This document shows, in pieces, positions 53,406 through 64,000 of a stretch of 64,000 nucleotides of DNA. The position numbers and the translations under genes were made by a program. The stretch comes from Eledone cirrhosa (Eukaryota). Location: the NCBI GenBank assembly GCA_964016885.1, contig OZ024763.1, forward strand, positions 14,818,001 through 14,882,000, written 5' to 3'. The notes under the pieces were generated by a model. That model was not told the origin of the DNA. It saw only the letters and a list, made by a program, of their open reading frames with translations, and did not search any database. Position 1 is the stretch's first letter. Each line of letters begins with the position of its first letter.

Positions 53406-53835
53406 GACCTAAGATAATAAACTGCTATTCATGTAAGACCTGGAATCCTCCAGTATTTTCCAGCTAATACTGTAGAGGCTGCTTCTTTCAGAAACCAGAT
53501 GTACATAGAGACCTTTGTTGTAAACCAGCATTTCAATTTCCTCAATTTAGACAGCAGCATTTAAACCACAATCAATGAAACACCACTGTGTTGTGTAAAT
53601 ACTCCCCCACCTTTTTTTTTCAATCTTTCCACCACTGCCCCACACACCCTCGGAACTCTCTTCCTACCCACTTTTCTCCTGATGAAGGGCTTATGCCCGA
53701 AACGTCGTCCCTCACCCCCACATTCTCAAGCGTGAAACTAATAATAATAACATCTGTACCGCCTCTTCGTTTTTCTGTTCTCTGTTTACTTTTAAAAAAA
53801 AATATATATATATATACGCATCATCAGGTGGTGTG

Positions 53836-53870
<35 letters not shown>

Positions 53871-53958
53871 GTTATCAAGTGGTATAATGAGGTGTCCACA
53901 TATACACACAGCCCCCCCACACACACACACACACACAGATGTCCTCTACCCCACCTAC

Positions 53959-54113
53959 CTTCTTTGCTTCCTCTCTAGATCGTTGTTGCGAGACGTCTGT
54001 TCATCAAGGTGTCGTTTAATATCTTGCATTTCCGCGTTCAGCTTGGTGCATTTCTTCTTATGACTGCCCACCTGTTGTCGGAGTGACTCTCTCTCTTCTG
54101 TCGTTTCGTGATA
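53959..54113 (-). CDS. MYO18A: Myosin XVIII-like exon: YHETTEERESLRQQVGSHKKKCTKLNAEMQDIKRHLDEQTSRNNDLERKQR(R)
   Basis: Acceptor gttgCAG|TAT and donor AAG|GTAGGT; 155 nt, phase 0/2. Resembles MYO18A [34 protein letters not shown]. Confidence 0.92.
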
Positions 54114-54964
54114 CTGCAACAGCAAAACAACAACATCATTATCAAGGTAACAGCTACATAACAACAACAGCTGCACAATATATAACAGATGGCACTAGCG
54201 TGGAAAATGAACGTTAAACAATGATGATGCACATAACATAACAGCTGCACCCGACAATTGCACCCTGCATAACAGCTGCACCCTACATAACAGCACAAAA
54301 TAACAATTAGCTGCACACTACACAACAACAATACGACAGAACACTGCACATTACATAACAATAAACTGCACATTGGGTGTATGGACCTGTAACTTCTTTT
54401 AAAAGCTATTAACATTTAAAAACAGTTTGATACTTTACATACAATGTTGCAGAAATTAGCATTCTAATTTGAACGGGGATTGTTTATGAGAGGTCCTTTA
54501 ACTCAATGGTTAGAACAATCAACCAGAATCTGAAAGATGTGAAGATTGATTCTGCTTGTGGTTGCTGGCCACTTTTTCTGCCAATAGGGGTATGTAACCT
54601 GATTTTCTAGGCTATTATTTATAGTAATCAACTATATTTACAGTTATTTCTGTGCCTGAGTTTCTTACATTTTTTATGAACTTCAGTAATACCTCAGCAC
54701 TTCGAAAATTCAATGCTTTACATATATTTATATGTATGTCTGTGTGTGTATATATATATATAGGTGTCACAGTGAAAAGCACCCAGTCCACTCTGTAAAT
54801 ATGGTTGGCATTAGGAAAAGCATCCAGCAATAGAAACCAAACCAAAATCAGTTCTGTATAAGCAAGATATGGTCACCTAATCTGACTTGTCTCACAGCAG
54901 GACAACTTATCTAACCCATGCTAGCATGGAAAAATGGAGGTTAAACAGTGATGATGGTGTTATA

Positions 54965-55005
<41 letters not shown>

Positions 55006-55484
55006 TATTTGCCCTTGTCATTGCTAGTTCATTTAACTCTTCCTCCTACTCCTCATCATCATCACAGATTGATGAAGAAAATGAAGTAAGAAAGACATCG
55101 TTAACAAACCAGCAAACCACGAATACACCCACCACCACCACCACCAACAACAACAACACCATCACCACACACACACAAGCTCGTTAGCACCAGAAAGGTT
55201 TTTTTTAATTAAAAATTTTTTTTTTTTGTTATGTCCAAACTTCTGAAAATAGACAACACAAACATAGAACAAGACAAACATGTTGCGAGAGATCACCTAA
55301 TTGAAACAGGTTGATTAATTAAAGGTAAGAGAGATGAAAGTTGGGACAGTGTCTGTCAGGTAGATAAACAGATTATTTGACAGGACAACTGACCAATAAG
55401 ACTAAATGAAGTTTGGCTAGATTCTCCAAGTGGAGATGACCAGTCTCAAACTTTCCGATGGTGGCTGTTGGTAGATTGAAAATA

Positions 55485-56880
55485 ATAATTGTATCTACTT
55501 TTGGCACAAGCCCAGCAATTACCCGGTACATTACTGGTACTTTATTTTATCGACCCCGTAAGGATGAAAGGCAAAGTTAACCTCGGTGGGATTTGAATTC
55601 AGACCGTAAAATAATAATCATCATTTATCATCATTTTATGTCCGCTTTTCCCTGCTTGCAAGGGTGGGACGGGAACTGATTCTGGCTTGATTTCTACAGC
55701 TGGATGCCCTTCCTAACACCAACCTCATTTACAGTGAGTGCTGGGTGCTTTTTTGCCGTGGCACCTCCACGACCACTTTGCAGTGGAATGATAGAGACCC
55801 CAGTCCCTATCATCTCATTTCTACAGCTGAGTAAACTGGAGCAATGTGAAATAAAGTGTCTTGCTCAAGGAAACAACACATCACCCGGTCTGAGAATTGA
55901 ACTCACAACCTTTCGATTGCAAGGTCAATGCTCTAACCACTAAGCCATGTGCCTCCATAATAATAACAATAATTGTTTCTACTTTAGGCACAAGGCCAGC
56001 AATTATCCCAGTGCATTACTGGTACTTTATTTTATTGACCCCGTAAGGATGGAAGGCAAAGTTAACCTCGGCGGGATTTGAACTCAGAATGTAAATGGAT
56101 GTAACTCAATGCTGCAAATCATACCGGATGCTCTACAAATCCCAATGCCTGATTGAGGCATAAGGCCAACAACTTTGGGGGGAGAGGAACATCAATTAAA
56201 TTGACCCCTTTATTTCATTGACACGACAAGGTTGAAAGGAAAAGCTAACAACAGCAGGATTTAAACTCAGAAAATAGAGGGCTGTAACTACATACCACAA
56301 AGCATGTACACCGCCCTACCAATACTCCCAATCCACTGCCCTCCACCAGCATAATAATAGTTTCTGCCAAGACCAACAATTTTTGGAGAAGGGGAAAGTT
56401 GATTAAATTAACCTCAGTGTATCACTGGTACTTCATCTTATTAACCCTGTAATGATGAAAGGCAAAGCTAATCTTGACAGGATCTGAACTCAGAAAGTAA
56501 AGGGCCATAACTATATGCTGCAAAGCATGTTGTCTGATGCCAATAATTGTTTCTACGTTTGGCACAAGGCCAGCAATTACCCAGTGCATTACTGGTACTT
56601 TATTTTATCGACCCCCGTAAGGATGAATGGCAAAGTTAACCTCGGCGGGATTTGAACTCAGAATGGCAAGGGCCATAACTCTATGCATCAAAGCATGGCG
56701 TCCGACCCTCTACCAATACTGCCAATCCACGGTTTCTGATTTAGGCCCAAAGCCAATAATTTGGGGGGAGTGGAAAATCAATTAAATCAATCCCAGTGCA
56801 TTACTGGTACTTTATTTTGCTGACCCCCGTAAGGATGAAAGGCCCAAACTATCCATTGACCAGCCTAATAATAATACTAA
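55485..56880 (-). mobile_element. Cluster of nested or tandem tRNA-SINE copies (Nin-like pieces plus one RTE-tailed SINE at about 55617-55956)
   Basis: Repeated ttgtttctac..ggcacaaggccagcaatt..tactggtactttattttatcgacccc..gaaaggcaaagttaacctc blocks separated by (AAT)n. Confidence 0.8.
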
Positions 56881-57035
56881 AAATAACAATAATTATGGTA
56901 GAGGATGTGATTAAATAAAAAAATACCATTACTTAACAGGTACTTTATTTTATCACAGTGAGGGGCCAAGGAAGACAGGGAGCAGAGAAACAGAGAGGTG
57001 AGGTGAAAGATCAATAAAACAACCACAATAAATAC

Positions 57036-57163
57036 CTTTTTCTCGAGATGTCGTTTAACGTTTAGTTCCTGTTGTAACTCTTCCTCGTGTTGGTGTTGTA
57101 GCTGTTGTTTCAGGAAGCTGAAATCTTTCCGGGACTTATCATAACGTTCCTTGTAAACACTCT
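57036..57163 (-). CDS. MYO18A: Myosin XVIII-like exon: (E)SVYKERYDKSRKDFSFLKQQLQHQHEEELQQELNVKRHLEKK
   Basis: Acceptor tctctatttgcAG|AG and donor AAG|GTATTT; 128 nt, phase 1/0, compatible with both neighbouring exons. Confidence 0.9.
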
Positions 57164-57194
57164 CTGCAAATAGAGACGCAAACACCACATTAAT

Positions 57195-58195
57195 AATAGC
57201 AATAACATCCCCACAGATGACAGTATATCTACCAAGGAAATGGAGAAATTATCCAAATATAAAGATCTAGAGAGAGAATTAACCCAAATGTGGATGATGA
57301 AGACAGAAACAATAACTATAATAATAGGTGCTCTGGTAATGATATATAAAACACACAGACAGATACATAACTAAAACCCCCAGGACCTACAAATATATAC
57401 AACATACAGAAGATAGTACTACTAGGTACTGTATATATATTATAAATATATACAACATACAGAAGATAGTACTACTAGGTACTGTATATATATTACAAAT
57501 ATATACAACATACAGAAGATAGTACTACTAGGTACTGTATATATATTACAAATATATACAACATACAGAAGATAGTACTACTAGGTACTGTATATATATT
57601 ACAAATATATACAACATACAGAAGATAGTATTACTAGGTACTGTATATATATTACAAATATATACAACATACAGAAGATAGCACTACTAGGTACTGTATA
57701 TATATTACAAATATATACAACATACAGAAGATAGTACTACTAGGTACTGTATATATATTACAAATATATACAACATACAGAAGATAGTACTACTAGGTAC
57801 TGTATATATATTACAAATATATACAACATACAGAAGATAGTACTACTAGGTACTGTATATATATTACACATATATACAACATACAGAAGATAGTACTACT
57901 AGGTACTGTATATATATTACACATATATACAACATACAGAAGATAGTACTACTAGGTACTGTATATATATTACACATATATACAACATACAGAAGATAGC
58001 ACTACTAGGTACTGTATATATATTACACATATATACAACATACAGAAGATAGTACTACTAGGTACTGTATATATATTATGAAGTGTACTCTCAATACAAT
58101 AGAAACAACACCACCAAAAGCCACACTGCACATAGCCAAGGTACACAGAGCTGTGCTCAGTAATGTAGTGATGGTACACAATAAAAGTATGAGTA
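57195..58195 (+). mobile_element. R4/Dong-like LINE restriction-like endonuclease fragment with a 53-bp unit repeated about 13 times (57390-58078)
   Basis: Peptide IPTDDSISTKEMEKLSKYKDLERELTQMW...IIIGAL and YNIQKIVLLGT; the latter is the expanded unit. Confidence 0.65.
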
Positions 58196-58819
58196 ATAAT
58201 TGTTTCTACGTTAGGCACAAGGCCAGCAATTTCCCAGTGCATTACTGGTACTTTTATTTTATCGACCCTGTAAGGATGAAAGGCAAAGTTAACCTTTATT
58301 ATGACTAATAATAATGGTTTCTGATTTAAGCACAAGGCCAACCATTTTGGAGTAGGGGAAAGTTGATTCAATCAAACCCAGTACATTACTGGTACTTTAT
58401 TTTATCAACCCCGTAAGGCAAAACTAATCTTGGTGGGATTCAAACTCAGAACATAAAGGAACATAACTCTATGCCGCGAAGCATGGTGTTCGGCACTCTA
58501 CCGATTTCTGCTAATAATAATAATCGTTTCTACTTTTTGGCACAAGGCCAGCAATTACCCCAGTGCATTACTGGTACTTCATTTTATAATAATAATAATA
58601 ATTGTTTCTTATATAGGCACAAGGCCAGCAATCTTGGGGGGAGGGAAAAGTCGATTAAATCGACCCCAGTGCGTGACTGGTACTTTATTTTATCGACCCC
58701 GTAAGGATGAAAGGCAAAGTTAACCTCGGCGAGATTTGAACACAAAATGGCAAGGGCCGTAACTCTATGCGTCAAAGCATGGCGTCCGACACTCTACCGA
58801 TACTGCCAATCCACCGCCC

Positions 58820-58821
<2 letters not shown>
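58195..58821 (-). mobile_element. Cluster of tRNA-SINE copies (Nin-like)
   Basis: At least four partial or full copies in the same orientation, each ending in (AAT)n. Confidence 0.8.
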
Positions 58822-58868
<47 letters not shown>

Positions 58869-58896
58869 GGAGGTCCGAGTAAAGAAAAAATATCGA

Positions 58897-58936
<40 letters not shown>

Positions 58937-58963
58937 CACACACATAAGATATATACCACCTAC

Positions 58964-59078
58964 CATCAGTCGTATCATCGTCAGCTTCACCATCCAAAGA
59001 AGTTGCCTGCCAAAGACGACATTGCATCACTTCACGTTCCAACGTCTCATTTTGTTTCCGAATCTTGTTATATTTTCC
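58964..59078 (-). CDS. MYO18A: Myosin XVIII-like exon: GKYNKIRKQNETLEREVMQCRLWQATSLDGEADDDTTD(E)
   Basis: Acceptor gttgacAG|GGA and donor ATG|GTAGGT; 115 nt, phase 0/1. Resembles the MYO18A segment [23 protein letters not shown]. Confidence 0.88.
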
Positions 59079-59620
59079 CTGTCAACAGAATACAACATTG
59101 TGTAAAAATAAATATATATATATATAGGAATGAGGAGGACCCCGACGGCTGAGTTCAAGCCGTTTCGACGGCTAATTCAGAATTAGAGTCCAGAATTAGC
59201 CGTCGAAATGGCTTGAGCTATTAGCAGTATTAGTTATAGATGTTATTGAGATACGAGTGACATAATAATGATTTCAACAGCAGAAATTAGAGATGAAATA
59301 TATGTTTATTTTTGATGTAGCACAAACAATGGTGTGGTACAGAGGCTGGTTTCTGGCGTGTGATCAGTCGGCTTTCCAGTGGCTGTCTGTTTTTTTTCTC
59401 GCGTTCTCAACCAGCGTTGTTCTATCAAGAGGCGTGAGGCGTCTTACTACAGTACCCCCTGCCAGATTTTGAGAACGCGAGAGGCGTCTTACTACAAGCT
59501 CAGCCGTTGGGGTCCTACTCGTTCCTATTACCCACTCTACTACCCTAAGTATTGAGTACTTTGGTACGTTATGGTCCACCTGGTTCCTTACCACATTTCC
59601 TTCGTTATATATATAATATA

Positions 59621-59681
<61 letters not shown>

Positions 59682-60098
59682 TATTTACGTATCGAGAGAG
59701 AAAGAAAAAAAAGGGGTGGATAGGTGATACATATAGTTATTTGCCAGGTAGCGTAAAAATCTGCAGCAAAATCAAAACAAGCTATTTTTGCTAGCAATGA
59801 ACCTTGACGTGGATTTAACCCCCAAAACTCTTTCCGAGCAATGTAAGGAACACTTGATTATTTATGCCCTTGAGAAGCCCAACTGGGCGAAACGTACGTA
59901 GGTGCTGTTTTAACGGTCTATTCTCCGATTTCTTACTTTCCCACGTATATATGTATATATATATGCAGAGGTTATATTTAATTTGTTGGGATTCAACAAG
60001 CTTAAAAATTTTTAGAACTGATATAAAGCACTCAACAAGTTAGTGGAGTAAATATACAATATATTAACAAACGGAAACTATATTTATAAAACCATATT

Positions 60099-60164
60099 TA
60101 TTTTATTATACATATTTCAAGGGCCACCAAGGCAAATTATGGTGCGCTTTCATCAGATAAAATA
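60099..60164 (-). ncRNA. Minimal type I hammerhead ribozyme (family A)
   Basis: Minus strand reads TATTTTAT-CTGATGA-AAGcGCACCA(taatttgcct)TGGTGgCcCTT-GAAA-TATGTA-TA^ATAAAATA; perfect 8-bp stem I. Confidence 0.75.
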
Positions 60165-60717
60165 CAATACAGATTAGTTTTATAAATAAATATTGACATA
60201 CCCTGAAAAAAGACGACCTTAACAGTTGACTATCCAGGAAGCTCCAACCGTTAAGATTGTCTTTTTTCAGGGTATGTCAATATTAATTGACATACCCTTT
60301 TTTACATTACTCCGGAGTAAACAGACCAGCATGCGCACAACGTTGAGTGCTCCAACCTGCATATTAAAGTGTCGGTTAACAACCAACACATACTCAAATC
60401 ATATATATATTTTTTTTTTGGGGGGGGGGGGGTTGGAAGCCTCAACAATGCAGATGGGTAAATCTCCAGGTAACAGAATCCGGTGGTGAAGAGAGAGATG
60501 TAAGGGAATGTAGAACGAGATGTATAGTGTGTAGAGGAACGTAGGAAAGAGCGTAAAAAATAATAACACGAGATAGAGTTACCTTGGGAGAGATTTAATT
60601 GTCCCTATATTTCGGAATTCGCATCCATCAACTGGGGGGTTTTCTGGGTGGGGGGTGGATGGGGGGGTTATCTGTCGGAGAGGAACGGTACGTGGCCTCT
60701 GTTTGTGTGTAACAGAG

Positions 60718-60767
<50 letters not shown>

Positions 60768-60863
60768 GTTAAGGAGCGCTGCCAGGTAGGACCCACTCCC
60801 ACTTAAGGATTGTGTCCTGCATAATTAAAAACTGGATGATGATGGTATGTGTGTGTGCATGCC

Positions 60864-60899
<36 letters not shown>

Positions 60900-61126
60900 T
60901 ATCAGATCTACAGCTATGTTACACCTGTACAAACAGAAATCTATTTCCATTAATTATATATTGCAGAGTAACTTCCCTTGTTTTCATATATCAACTGAAT
61001 GTGTGTGTCAGTCTGTTTTTGTTTTCATAATAGCTTCATTGTTTTCAAGAAAAAAAGCGTATCAAGGGTTTTCCACCTGTATAACGTCTTAGAAGATCCA
61101 GTTTTGTAAATCCATCGATTGCAAAG

Positions 61127-61450
61127 CCAGTGGTTAGAGCATTGGCCTTGCAATCGAAAGATTGTGAGTTCAATTCTCAGACCGGGTGATGTGTTGTTTC
61201 CTTGAGCAAGACACTTTATTTCACATTGCTCCAGTTTACTCAGCTGTAGAAATGAGATGATAGGGACTGGGGTCCCTATCATTCCACTGCAAAGTGGTTG
61301 TGGAGGTGCCATGGCAAAAAAGCACCCAGCACTCACTGTAAATGAGGTTGGTGTTAGGAAGGGCATCCAGCTGTAGAAATCAAGCCAGAATCAGTTCCCG
61401 TCCCACCCTTGCAAGCAGGGAAAAGTGGACGTAAAATGAAATGATGATGA
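61127..61450 (+). mobile_element. RTE-tailed tRNA SINE (5' slightly truncated)
   Basis: Near-identical to the 18635 copy. Confidence 0.8.
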
Positions 61451-61519
61451 TCTGAACCCTTCAAAAGACCAAAAAACCAAACCCCTGTGTGATTTTTCTG
61501 AGAAAAAAACTCTGAAATA

Positions 61520-62760
61520 TGACTGCTATTAAGTTCCTTGAGGTACCTATAGTTCCCCTGTAGCTCTCTCAGCATTAGGGTCTCTGTGAGATACATGTAG
61601 AACCTGTAATCCCCTCAGTTCTAAGGCCCCTGTGTGATACCTATAGCTCCATGTAACCCCCTCAGCTCTAGATTCCTTGTGAGATACATATAGCTCCATG
61701 TAATCCCATCAGCTCTAGGGTCCTTGTAAGATACATATAGTTCCATGTAACCCCCCTCAGCTCTAGGGTCCCTGTGATATATACAGCTGCTATAAAATGC
61801 TGTGGGGAACCGGTAGCCCTTCAGTAACCCCCTGTAACACCGTCGACTCTGTAATCCCTGTAAGAAATTAAAGGGCTGCCAAGAAATGCTGTGAGGTACC
61901 TGTAGCATCTGTAGTAATCCCCTCAGTTCTATGACCCCATGAGAAATAAGAGGTTACTATGAAATGTCATGATATCCCTGAAGACCCCCTGTAACACCCT
62001 GTAATAAACCCTCAGCTTTGCAGTCCCCTGAGGTTGCTATGAAACAACATAATGTACCTGTTATCCCCTGTAAAACCCTCAGCTCTGTGGACCCTGTGAG
62101 AAATAAAGAAGCTGCTATGAAATCCCACAAGATATTTGTAACCCCACTCCTCCGGTTCCTTAGTCCCTTTAGAAAGGAATACCATACAGTACGTGTAGCC
62201 CTCTGCAAACCCTTTTCTCTGCCCCACTGCCAGTCCTGCAGTCGCCATGAGAAATATATACCATGTAGGACCTGTAACCTTTTGTAACCAGTCAGTCCCT
62301 GTGAGGAATAAATCACCATGTAGCACATGTAGCCCTCTTTAACGCACGCGGCCAGCCCTTCAGTCACTGTGAGAAATATACACCATGATGTACCTCTAGC
62401 CTTTTATAACCTGCCTTTCCTTCAACCAGCTCTCCAGTCCTTCTGAGAAAAACACCATGATATACCTGTCGCCTTCGGTAAACCCACTTCCTCTTTCCCA
62501 ACAGCCAGCCTTACAGTTCCTGTGAGAAATATACACATTATGATGTACCTGTAGCGTTCTGTAAACGCTTTTTCCCTCTTCCCCCATGGCCAGCCCTTCA
62601 GTCACTGTGAGAAATATCCCATTATGATGCACCTGTAGCCTTCTATAATGCCCCTCCTCTCTCCCCTCCACAGCCTTGCAGTTCCTGTGAGACATATACA
62701 CACTATGGTGTACCTGTGGCCTTCTGTAATCAGAGGGCTACAGGTACATCATAATATATA
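61520..62760. repeat. Old diverged tandem repeat (about 50-90-bp units)
   Basis: Recurring cagtccctgtgagaaatatacaccatgatgtacctgtagcc..taaccccctcagctct motifs. Confidence 0.7.
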
Positions 62761-62907
62761 TATTTCTCACAGTACTGCAGAGCGAGCTGTGGAGGGAATT
62801 CTAAGTGTGGCTGCACCATAGCTTATATACATCTGGAGAGTGGCTGACAAAGGCCTTACTGAGTGATACCAAGACACCCTCGGTCTTCTTGACAATTTTA
62901 GACATAC

Positions 62908-63027
62908 CTGTAAGTCTTTGAGATCCTTTTCAAGTCGCATCCGTTCAGCAGTTTCTTGTTCCAGCATTTCAGATGCATGACTGGTGGTTGTTGCTTCCTC
63001 TGCGAGGTCAGCATTTAGTTCAGAAAG
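62908..63027 (-). CDS. MYO18A: Myosin XVIII-like coiled-coil tail exon (first in window): LSELNADLAEEATTTSHASEMLEQETAERMRLEKDLKDLQ
   Basis: Acceptor attaCAG|CTT and donor CAG|GTATGT; 120 nt, phase 0/0. Resembles the recalled MYO18A segment [40 protein letters not shown]. Confidence 0.9.
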
Positions 63028-63106
63028 CTGTAATATTTATAACAATATCAAACAGTTTTAGTACATATAATATATTCTTTATCATCATAGGAAAACTATA
63101 TAAGAT

Positions 63107-63768
63107 TAACCCTTTAATGTTCAAACCGGCCAAAACCAGCCAGAGTTCTCTACCTTTTTCTGTTGAAACTGGCTGTAACTGGTCGCTCAAACTGATGTTA
63201 ACTCTTTAGCATTCACATTACTCTATATATACTATTATATTTTCATGGTAAAGGCTTTATCTCGCATAATTATCTCGCATAATATCGAATCTATGAGATT
63301 TTGAAAGTATTTATTTTGAGAACAATACCGTAACATCAGTTTGAGTGACCAGTTACAGCCAGTTTCAACAGAAAGAGGTAGAGAATTCTGGCCGGTTTTG
63401 GCCGGTTTGAACATTAAAGGGTATTGTTGTCAAAATAAATACTCTCAAAATCTCATAGATTTGATATTATGTGAGATAAAGCCTTTACCATGAAAATACA
63501 ATAGTATATATAGAGTAATGTGAATGCTAAAGGGTTAAACTGGCCATATCCAGCCAGAATTTTCTCGCCTCTTTCTGTTCAAACCGGCCATATCTGGCCA
63601 CTAATACGGTATTGTTCTTAAAATACCGGCCGTATTTGGCCACTAATAAGGTATTGTTCTTAAAATAAATAATATCAAAATCTCATAGATTCGATATTAT
63701 GTGAGATAAAGCGTTTACCGTGAAAATGCAATAGTATATATAGAGTAATGTAAATGCTAAAGGGTTAA
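63107..63768. mobile_element. Cluster of nested piggyBac-type MITEs
   Basis: Several TTAACCCTTT / AAAGGGTTAA ends and internal sequence shared with the 30546 MITE, in both orientations. Confidence 0.75.
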
Positions 63769-64000
63769 ATAAAAGCACATACATACAATTAATTAATTAT
63801 TGCTAGGAACCTTAAATATAACACACAAAAATAAATAATCAAAGGGAGAGGAAAAAACATGAATTCAACACTAAGGGTAATGGAAAATTTTAGGGCAAGC
63901 TAACACAGTGGCAGTATTACTGTGATTGATGGCGAGGTTAAGGTGCTAAAACACTATTGCTTCATATAAACAGTATAATATTGATCAAATGATTAATAAT

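Noticed and set aside
60583-60671. Unique segment bounded by AG and GTAACT on the minus strand
   Set aside because: 89 nt would shift the frame and it has no myosin similarity; nothing beyond generic splice dinucleotides.

Overview
Repeat-saturated animal genomic DNA, most likely an octopus/cephalopod judging from the SINE and LINE types and the very dense (TA)n, (CA)n, (GA)n and (GGT)n microsatellites. The only host gene I can support is on the minus strand: eight short coding exons (62908-63027 down to 9087-9197) with canonical GT-AG sites and matching phases. They splice into 318 aa of coiled-coil tail resembling unconventional myosin XVIII (MYO18A/Mhcl-like), and the gene extends past both window edges. 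The introns hold tRNA-derived SINEs of two types, RTE, CR1 and R4-like LINE fragments, piggyBac and mariner/Tc1 remnants, a decayed Penelope-like element (RT plus GIY-YIG) and many TE-seeded minisatellites. The main discovery is about a dozen minimal type I hammerhead ribozyme folds from several sequence families, located in short Penelope-derived inverted-repeat elements inside (TA)n tracts. They show compensatory stem changes and a second shared hairpin downstream, and five lie sense to the myosin pre-mRNA. Also notable are tandem copies of exon-end plus 5' splice site just downstream of real exons, a candidate in-frame alternative first exon, and inverted satellite arrays that could form long intronic dsRNA. 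Almost all listed ORFs are microsatellite artefacts. Family names come from recalled motifs, not database searches.
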